Shown: positions 6,767 through 12,685 of the stretch, in pieces | How positions within the stretch are numbered: the stretch's first letter is position 1 | Layout: the number at the start of each line of letters is the position of its first letter | Assembly (NCBI GenBank): GCA_039190745.1 | Contig: JBCCXZ010000088.1 | Location: forward strand, 1-12,685 | DNA: 12,685 bases | Source: Planctomycetota bacterium | Lineage (GTDB): Bacteria; Planctomycetota; Planctomycetia; Pirellulales; Lacipirellulaceae | Reading direction: 5' to 3' | The notes under the pieces: generated by a model | The model's input: the letters and a program-made list of their open reading frames with translations, nothing else | Databases searched by the model: none | Told to the model about the DNA's origin: nothing | Translations under genes and position numbers: made by a program

Positions 6767-6785
6767 GCGGCCAGCGGGCTTGCCG
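6761..6785 (-). terminator. Hairpin after the anti-sigma gene, overlapping the tRNA -35 box
   Basis: CGGCAAGC (6761-6768) and GCTTGCCG (6778-6785) form a perfect 8-bp inverted repeat 11 nt after the stop at 6797. There is no immediate U tract. Confidence 0.4.
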
Positions 6786-6796
6786 AAAGGCCCCGC

Positions 6797-7273
6797 CTAA
6801 TCGTCATCGTCGCTATCACCGGCGACTGGATTGCGCCTTTTCTCCATCGTCATGCAGGTGCCCGACTCGCTCAGGCTCACCGCGTCCATGTACGAGCGGA
6901 TCAGCTCCAGCCCCCGGCCTCCAGGGGCGTCGAGGTTCTCGGCCGCCTTGCAGTCGGGCACTTCGTCGGGGTCGTAGCCCTCGCCCTCGTCGCGGATACG
7001 GACCCAGAACGTCTCGGCGGAGAGTCGGCACTCCACGCGGACCACTTTGTAGTCCGATTCCTTGTTGCCGTGGCGGATGCCGTTGCTGATCGACTCTTCC
7101 AACGCCATGTGGATGCCGAACAGCTCGGAGGACCATCCCAACGCGGTCAACCCGTCCAGTACTTCCTGGATGAGGTCGTGGTAGCTGTCGAGGCGGCTGG
7201 GGAGCGTCCGCTCGATCGTCACGAGGCCTGCTTCTGGGCCTTCTTCGGGCGACGCACGCTCTTCAGACGACAT
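6797..7273 (-). CDS. rsbW: Anti-sigma factor Ser/Thr kinase (RsbW/SpoIIAB-like, HATPase_c_2)
   Basis: N-box MALEESISNGIRHGN, G1 IRDEGEGYDP, G2 GGRGLELIRSYMD. ATG at 7273 gives 158 aa, a typical length. An alternative TTG at 7357 overlaps the STAS stop codon and gives 186 aa. The symbol is family-level only. Confidence 0.88.
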   Translation of the reverse strand: MSSEERASPEEGPEAGLVTIERTLPSRLDSYHDLIQEVLDGLTALGWSSELFGIHMALEESISNGIRHGNKESDYKVVRVECRLSAETFWVRIRDEGEGYDPDEVPDCKAAENLDAPGGRGLELIRSYMDAVSLSESGTCMTMEKRRNPVAGDSDDDD

Positions 7274-7353
7274 GCCGAACCTCGGGTTGTCCCTCCCGGC
7301 CCGCGGATCTTCCGGCAGGGGCAGGGCCGCGGCGTTTCCGCCGCCGCTACCGA

Positions 7354-7707
7354 TCAAAGAACAGCCAGAGCATCCGCCTCGGTGTCTTTGATCTTAAACA
7401 GCTTGTCCAGGTTCGTGATGCTGAAGACCTGGAAGATCTCCGGGGCGATATTGGACAGAATAATCGCCGAGCCTTCCTTCTTGCCCTTCTTCTCGAACGT
7501 AATCAGCTTGCCGAGCGCCGCACTCGAGAGGAACTCCACGTTCTGGAAGTTCAGAACAATCTTCTTTCGTCCGTCCTTCTCGATCAACGCGAACAACTCG
7601 AGGCCTAGCTCCTCGATCGCTGCCGGGTCGATGATCTTCTGATCGTTGAACCGGACGACGCTGATCTCCGCCGATTCGCTGACCGATAACCGCGAGTCCG
7701 ATCCCAT
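7354..7707 (-). CDS. rsbV: STAS-domain anti-sigma factor antagonist (RsbV/SpoIIAA-like), 117 aa
   Basis: KIVLNFQNVEFLSSAALGKLI carries the phospho-acceptor Ser motif, followed by IFQVFSITNLDKLF. It lies directly upstream of the RsbW-like kinase. The symbol is family-level only. Confidence 0.92.
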   Translation of the reverse strand: MGSDSRLSVSESAEISVVRFNDQKIIDPAAIEELGLELFALIEKDGRKKIVLNFQNVEFLSSAALGKLITFEKKGKKEGSAIILSNIAPEIFQVFSITNLDKLFKIKDTEADALAVL

Positions 7708-7817
7708 AGCTTCCGTCGCCCGTGTTCACTTGGCGGCCCGTGCCCAGAGACTCGCGCCTCAGGTAACCGAACAGTGCATTCCCCTGTCCGGCCGTCCGCA
7801 TTGCTGCAAAGGGGTCG

Positions 7818-7845
7818 ATCTTATCGGTGGCCCCAGTGGTGTCAA
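7818..7845 (-). promoter_or_regulatory. Near-consensus sigma70 promoter for the STAS/anti-sigma operon
   Basis: Minus strand TTGACA (7845-7840), 16-nt spacer, TAAGAT (7823-7818). Confidence 0.7.
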
Positions 7846-7888
7846 CCTGCGGCGGTTGCGTCCCTTCGCCGGCTCTCCCTGGCAGCGT

Positions 7889-8362
7889 TCAGGGCCCTAC
7901 CGAGGCGGTTTCCGTCTCGACCGTCTTAGGCAAGGGGGGCAGTGCCATCGACTTGTACACCGCCCGGCTGATCAGCAGGTAGTTGCGTCCCGAGTACTCC
8001 GTGACGGTCCCGCTGACGCTCCACAGCAGCTTGTCCGATTCGTCGGTGCTCTTGAGCATCCGGACCACCCGTTCCAGGTTCAGGTTCGGCAACCCGCCGA
8101 ACTCCTGGCCGTCTTGGGAAACGAACTTCGCGCCGGAGTTGCCTTCCTCAAAGGTCCCGATCGCGGAGTTGATCATCGTGCCCTCGCGGAGCCGCTTCGT
8201 CTGGCCCGATTGCTGCTGGTCGAAGTCGGACCGACGGAACGCGCTGCCGCCGGCTTTTGCAGCTGTGGGGCCGCGGTCGCTCTGTGCCAGCACCGCAGCG
8301 GCGGCAATTGCCGTGAGGGCACACGCGGCAGCGAGCGACAACACGCGGAAGCTTGAGAACAT
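7889..8362 (-). CDS. Secreted hypothetical protein, possibly OB-fold-like, 157 aa
   Basis: Signal peptide ending AVLA|Q, a low-complexity linker, then RLREGT...LPNLNLERV...WSVSGTVTEYSGRNYLLISRAV, a pattern I associate with planctomycete hypothetical proteins (recall, unverified). Codon usage is host-like. Confidence 0.8.
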   Translation of the reverse strand: MFSSFRVLSLAAACALTAIAAAAVLAQSDRGPTAAKAGGSAFRRSDFDQQQSGQTKRLREGTMINSAIGTFEEGNSGAKFVSQDGQEFGGLPNLNLERVVRMLKSTDESDKLLWSVSGTVTEYSGRNYLLISRAVYKSMALPPLPKTVETETASVGP

Positions 8363-8408
8363 GGCGGCGGCTCGTGTGAAAGAGGCTGCGGCAGAAACCC
8401 GTGGAGCG

Positions 8409-8690
8409 TCAGCCCCCGGGCTTGCTCATCGCCAAGCTGTGGAGGATCAGGACGCTTCCTACCGAGATCAGGCACCAGCCCAGCCACTGCGGCGTCTCGA
8501 CCTTCCGCTGCGGGCCCGAGCCGATGTCGGTCGCCAACGAAATCGCCGCGGGGCTGCCCGAACCGGTCCGCTCCGCCACAAACCGCGTCGCTTCCTCGGT
8601 CAGCACAAACGACGTGACCATCCGGAATTGCAGCCCGAGCAGCAGGCAGACCACACCCAGGAAGAAGAACTGATTGCGGTTGAGTTCCAT
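8409..8690 (-). CDS. Small two-TM membrane protein, hypothetical, 93 aa
   Basis: Two hydrophobic segments (FFFLGVVCLLLGLQF and WLGWCLISVGSVLILHSLAM). ATG is preceded by GGAGGAAG, an RBS. Confidence 0.82.
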   Translation of the reverse strand: MELNRNQFFFLGVVCLLLGLQFRMVTSFVLTEEATRFVAERTGSGSPAAISLATDIGSGPQRKVETPQWLGWCLISVGSVLILHSLAMSKPGG

Positions 8691-8914
8691 GGCGGCTTCC
8701 TCCGCACGCCCGACCTCTCTGGGCCGGGGTCGTGAACGTTTGGGTTCCTGACAGGAAACGACCGCCGGCCGTCGCGGCGCGCCGGGTTCCCTAGCGATGG
8801 GATCGAACGAAGCGGGCGGCCCGCTGCAAGAATCACTCGACCCGCGGGTTCGTGTCGGTCCTGTCGTTGCCAGCGCCCGCAGCGGTAGCGCCGGCGGGAT
8901 CGGTTCGGAGGGCC

Positions 8915-9214
8915 CTACGGCTGATTAGGTTCGCCGAGCAGCGAGTCGAGCCCTTGCTGCAGTGCCCCGCCGACCGCACCCTGCATGAGGTCCGCGTGGT
9001 CGCTCGCCAGCACGGCGGCCGACAGGGCCGGGCGGTTCGTCCAGTCGATCGCCGTATAGCCCCGGACATCGACGTACGCACCCTGGAGGGTCGAGCTGGT
9101 CTTCCGGATCGTCACGAGGCCGTCATTCGTCCGCAGGACGTGGAAAGACAGGGCAAAGTACAACCCACCAGCGCCGACCAGGACGCCAAGGAAAAACGCG
9201 GTAAACCGTGACAT
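8915..9214 (-). CDS. Small N-terminally membrane-anchored hypothetical protein, 99 aa
   Basis: MSRFTAFFLGVLVGAGGLYFALSF helix followed by HVLRTNDG...YVDVRGYT..DW...PAL. ATG start, co-oriented with its neighbours. Confidence 0.8.
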   Translation of the reverse strand: MSRFTAFFLGVLVGAGGLYFALSFHVLRTNDGLVTIRKTSSTLQGAYVDVRGYTAIDWTNRPALSAAVLASDHADLMQGAVGGALQQGLDSLLGEPNQP

Positions 9215-9378
9215 GGGCTCGCTCAGGCGGGTTCGAAGCTATCTGGGCATGGACGCAACCATGCTCTGTGGGCGTCGGCTGTTCGCAGCCTACCCGAACA
9301 GCTTGTCTACTTCCGTGGCCGATCGATCGTGTCATGCCGGTCGCAACGGTCCTAAACCTAATGCTCATAAGGACTTTC

Positions 9379-9407
9379 TTGACACTAAGGCTGGCGCTGC
9401 CCATCCT
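9379..9407 (+). promoter_or_regulatory. Putative sigma70 promoter for the dev operon
   Basis: TTGACA (9379-9384), 17-nt spacer, CATCCT (9402-9407), in an AT-richer divergent intergenic region. Confidence 0.5.
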
Positions 9408-9492
9408 GAATAAAAAAAGCATCGCCTAAGCGCGAAACCTCCTCCGCGTTGTAGCTTTACTAGTCGCGCTTATGGACCGGGGCACCACACCG

Positions 9493-10824
9493 ATGAAGCA
9501 GCAACACAGTAGACTCCCGACGACCGTAGTCATGGCGGGCCTCTCGCTCTGCGTCTGCGCGTTGGCGGGCTGCGAGTGGGTGCTTCCCGACGCGGTCGTC
9601 CGCGGTGAGGTTGCCCCCAGCGGGCCCCGTCGCGTTTATGCGCTCGGCCGCTTGGAACCGGCCGGCGGCGTCATCTCTATCAGCGCCATCCCCGGGGAGC
9701 GCATCGCCGAGATCGACCCCGACATTGTTGAGAACCAACCGGCGCCCTCCAACGGCGTGCTCGGCAAACTCGCGAGCTTCGACCTCCGTGCCGCTCAGAT
9801 CGATGCCTTGCAGGCTCGTCTGGAACTGGCCCAGGAAAAACGGCTGCTGGAAATCGAGCTCGCCACGGCGCAGCTCAAGCAAGCCGAGGCGACCCTCGCC
9901 CAAACCGAGGCCAAGGCCGCCGAGTTCGACATCCAAGAGCCGAAGCTCGAAGTTCTCAAGCGGGCCAGCCAGATCGCCCGCGAAGAGTACAACCGGCTCG
10001 CCGAGCTGCGCGAGAAGGACGCCGACCTGGTCACCCCGCACCAACTCGCAAAGCAAGAGAACAAAACCCAGCTCGCCGAGCAGGAGTACCTCATCGCCTC
10101 GAAGTCGATGATCTCCGCAAAGGTCGCCGCCAAGAAGGCGGTCGAGGCCGCCGAGGCGAACAAGCTCGTCGCCGCGAACAACGTCGTCCGCCTCGGTTCG
10201 CCCGACGCGCCCGGCCCGCTTGACGAGGCCGCCGCGATCCGTAAGGAAATCAACGTTGCCCAGAACACGCTTGCCCAGTCGATCCTCTGGACGCCCGACG
10301 CGGATTACGACCGGGAGCAGGTCGCCGCGGTCGAGTGCGAGGCCGGCGACGACCCGGGCCGCTTTACCGTGCTGAAGGTCTACTCGCAGGCGGGCGAGTT
10401 TGTCACGCAGATGCCCATCATGCAGGTGGCCGACCTCGAGCGGATGGTCTGCATCGCCGAGGTGTACGAGGCCGACGTGAAGGCGATCCGCACAGGGCAG
10501 GGCGTAACGGTCCGCAGCCCGGCATTCGGCGAAGGCTTCTCCGACGGACCGGCCGACAAGGCCGGCGTGCGTTCGGGCGGCATGCGGGGCACGGTGGAAA
10601 CCATCGGCGGCATCATCGCGCCCCCCGGCGTGAGCAACCGCAACCCGCTCGCTCCGGCCGACCGGTCTGTCGTCGAGGTGCGTATCGCGATCACCGACGA
10701 GTCCGCGGTCGAGCACGCCCGCACGCGTGTGGGCCTGCAAGTGACCGTCGAGTTCGACCCGCCGGCCGCCGAGAAGGAAGCACCGGCTAAGAAGGAATCC
10801 GAGGGCGTCGCCGCGGCGGGCTGA
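9493..10824 (+). CDS. devB: DevB/HlyD-family membrane fusion (periplasmic adaptor) protein, putative lipoprotein
   Basis: VYALGRLEPAGGVISISA, a long coiled-coil hairpin, IAEVYEADV and DRSVVEVRI match DevB-family motifs. Lipobox-like LAGC. The start is ATG 9493 or the in-frame ATG 9472. Confidence 0.88.
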   Translation: MKQQHSRLPTTVVMAGLSLCVCALAGCEWVLPDAVVRGEVAPSGPRRVYALGRLEPAGGVISISAIPGERIAEIDPDIVENQPAPSNGVLGKLASFDLRAAQIDALQARLELAQEKRLLEIELATAQLKQAEATLAQTEAKAAEFDIQEPKLEVLKRASQIAREEYNRLAELREKDADLVTPHQLAKQENKTQLAEQEYLIASKSMISAKVAAKKAVEAAEANKLVAANNVVRLGSPDAPGPLDEAAAIRKEINVAQNTLAQSILWTPDADYDREQVAAVECEAGDDPGRFTVLKVYSQAGEFVTQMPIMQVADLERMVCIAEVYEADVKAIRTGQGVTVRSPAFGEGFSDGPADKAGVRSGGMRGTVETIGGIIAPPGVSNRNPLAPADRSVVEVRIAITDESAVEHARTRVGLQVTVEFDPPAAEKEAPAKKESEGVAAAG

Positions 10825-10891
10825 GCCCGCGGCAACGCCGACCCAGCCGTGCGACCCGCAGCGTCGCGCCGCCTGCCGAGAAGGCCCTGCC

Positions 10892-12109
10892 ATGAGCACC
10901 TCGCTGGCGTGGAAAAACCTCCTGCACAACAAGACCCGCACGGCGGTGGGCATCGCCGGCGTCGGGTTCGCCGTCATCCTCATCTTCATGCAGATGGGTT
11001 TTAAGGGCGCCATCCGCAAGACGGCCACGCAGATCTACGACGCGCTCGAGTTCGACCTGATGCTCCGCTCACCGGCGTACCTGCACCTCACCGAGCCGCG
11101 CTACTTCCCCCGGGCCAGGCTTTACCAGGCCGGCTCCTTGCCCGGAGTGGTGAAAGCCCGGCCGTTTTACATTGGGCTCACCGAGTGGCAGGCCCCCATG
11201 CACGGCAAGCCCGCCCGGGAGCTGGGGCCCGACGACCCCGAGGGCCAGTGGCGGGGCACCATCGTCATGGGAACCGACCCAAAAGACCCAGGCTTCCGCC
11301 GCCAGGAGCTCCGCCGCGCCGCCGCGATCCTCACCGACCCGCGGTTCACAATCGTCGACACGAAGTCCAAGCCCGAGTACGGCCCCCTGCGTGACGGCCG
11401 GTTCAGCGAGGCCGACATCGGCGTCGAGACGGCGCTCGGCAAGCGGCGCGTGAAGATCGTGGGGCTCTTCGAGCTCGGCACCGGCATGGCCGCCAACGGG
11501 GCCTGCATGACCAACCCAGAAGGTTTCGTCCGCGCCTGCCCTTGGCAGGCCATCGACGACGTGAACTTCGGCCTGATCACGCTCGACGACAAGACCGACC
11601 CCGTCCACGCCCAAGCAATGCTCCGTGGCCTCATGGGCCTGGGCGACGGCGACGACCCGCACGACGACGTCGAGGTGCTCACCCGCGCCGAGGTGAACCA
11701 GCGCGAGGAGTACCGCTGGGTCGTCGAAACGCCGCTCGGGCAGATCTTCACCCTTGGCGTGTGGGTGGCGCTTTTTGTTGGCGTGGCGATCGTCTACCAG
11801 GTGCTCTCCACCGACATCGAGAACATGATGGGTGAGTACGCGACGCTCAAGGCCATTGGCTACAGCAATAATTACCTCACCGCGGTGGTGCTCAAGCAGT
11901 CGGTGCTGCTTGCTCTGGTCGGGTTCATCCCGTCGCTCGCGGTTTCGCGGCTCTTGTACTACATCGTCGAACAGCAGTCCGGCATGCCGATGTTTATGAC
12001 CTGGCAGATCGCCGTTACGGTGCTGCTGCTTTCAGTCGCAATGTGCGTGATCTCCGGCCTCGCGGCGCTCCGCAAGCTGTTCGCCGCCGACCCGGCCGAC
12101 CTGTTCTAG
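10892..12109 (+). CDS. devC: DevC-family ABC transporter permease (MacB/FtsX type), 405 aa
   Basis: SLAWKNLLHNKTRTAVGIAGVGFAVILIFMQMGF, VGLFELGT, IVYQVLSTDI....EYATLKAIGYS and RKLFAADPADLF. Confidence 0.93.
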   Translation: MSTSLAWKNLLHNKTRTAVGIAGVGFAVILIFMQMGFKGAIRKTATQIYDALEFDLMLRSPAYLHLTEPRYFPRARLYQAGSLPGVVKARPFYIGLTEWQAPMHGKPARELGPDDPEGQWRGTIVMGTDPKDPGFRRQELRRAAAILTDPRFTIVDTKSKPEYGPLRDGRFSEADIGVETALGKRRVKIVGLFELGTGMAANGACMTNPEGFVRACPWQAIDDVNFGLITLDDKTDPVHAQAMLRGLMGLGDGDDPHDDVEVLTRAEVNQREEYRWVVETPLGQIFTLGVWVALFVGVAIVYQVLSTDIENMMGEYATLKAIGYSNNYLTAVVLKQSVLLALVGFIPSLAVSRLLYYIVEQQSGMPMFMTWQIAVTVLLLSVAMCVISGLAALRKLFAADPADLF

Positions 12110-12143
12110 AGAATCGTTTTCGAAAGACCCGAAGCACCGCCGT

Positions 12144-12685
12144 ATGGGCGCCCAACGCAAAACACCGCTGGCCTGGAAGAACCTCACGCACGACCGCCGC
12201 AGGCTGGTCGTCGCGATCGCGGGTATCGCGTTCGCGGTTCTGCTGATGTTCACGCAGGTGGGTTTCCAGAACGCGTTGTTCGACAGCCAGGTGAAGGTGA
12301 TCGACGACCTCCGCGGCGACCTGTTTGTCGTCAGCAAGGCGAAGTTTACGCTCGCCTCCGAGCAGCGGTTCCCCATCACCCGGCTCAACCAGGCCCTCTC
12401 GCACCCGGACGTGGTCGGCTGCTACCCGGTGTACTCCGAGCTCACCGTCTCGGTCCTCCGCACGCTCCGCGACGGCCGGGGCAACCGGGGCTTCCCCATC
12501 CGCTCGCTCGGCTTCCGGCTGGACGACCCCGTCTTCCGCTCCGAGCGTGTGTCGCAGCAGCTGAACCGCCTACGCGCACCCGCCACGGCGTTGGTTGATC
12601 GGAAGAGCAAGCGGCCGAACTTCGATTTCCCGTTGGACGACGACCGAGCCCTCGCCGCGGTGAAGACCGAACTCTCCAACAAGAA
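12144..12685 (+). CDS. devC: Second DevC-family ABC permease, 3'-truncated by the window edge (absent from the ORF track)
   Basis: ATG at 12144 translates MGAQRKTPLAWKNLTHDRRRLVVAIAGIAFAVLLMFTQVGFQNALFDSQVKVIDDLRGDLFVVSKAKF...ALVDRKSK, and the frame stays open to the end of the window. Confidence 0.92.
   Translation, partial: MGAQRKTPLAWKNLTHDRRRLVVAIAGIAFAVLLMFTQVGFQNALFDSQVKVIDDLRGDLFVVSKAKFTLASEQRFPITRLNQALSHPDVVGCYPVYSELTVSVLRTLRDGRGNRGFPIRSLGFRLDDPVFRSERVSQQLNRLRAPATALVDRKSKRPNFDFPLDDDRALAAVKTELSNK

Noticed and set aside
6758..8735. Plus-strand ORFs 6758-7642, 7646-8356 and 7983-8735
   Set aside because: They are antisense to well-supported minus-strand genes.
9460..12682. Antisense ORFs over devB and devC (9460-11028, 11069-11662, 11167-11751, 12015-12404, 12422-12682)
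   Set aside because: They are mirror or shadow frames of the exporter genes and carry no motifs.

Overview
GC-rich bacterial chromosomal window. The gene content and the conserved small hypothetical proteins suggest Planctomycetota, probably Pirellulales (inference). Left to right it holds: the 3' end of a sodium:solute symporter (+); a secreted 983-aa modular glycoside hydrolase (+) with a GH5 mannanase-like domain, an FN3-like domain, a beta-sandwich and a second, unassigned clan GH-A-like barrel; a YHYH protein (-); a 650-bp ORF-poor spacer with nested repeats, an ECF-like promoter motif and a strand-specific terminal hairpin; an atypical ROK sugar kinase (-); tRNA-Asn(GTT) (-) with promoter and terminator; an RsbW/RsbV-type anti-sigma/anti-anti-sigma pair (-); three small secreted or membrane hypothetical proteins (-); and a divergent DevB-DevC-DevC ABC exporter operon (+) that runs off the right edge. 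No mobile element or CRISPR array was seen. The best novelty candidates are the second catalytic domain of the hydrolase and a candidate repeat-containing sRNA at about 4720-5035. All family calls come from motif recognition by eye; no database searches were run.
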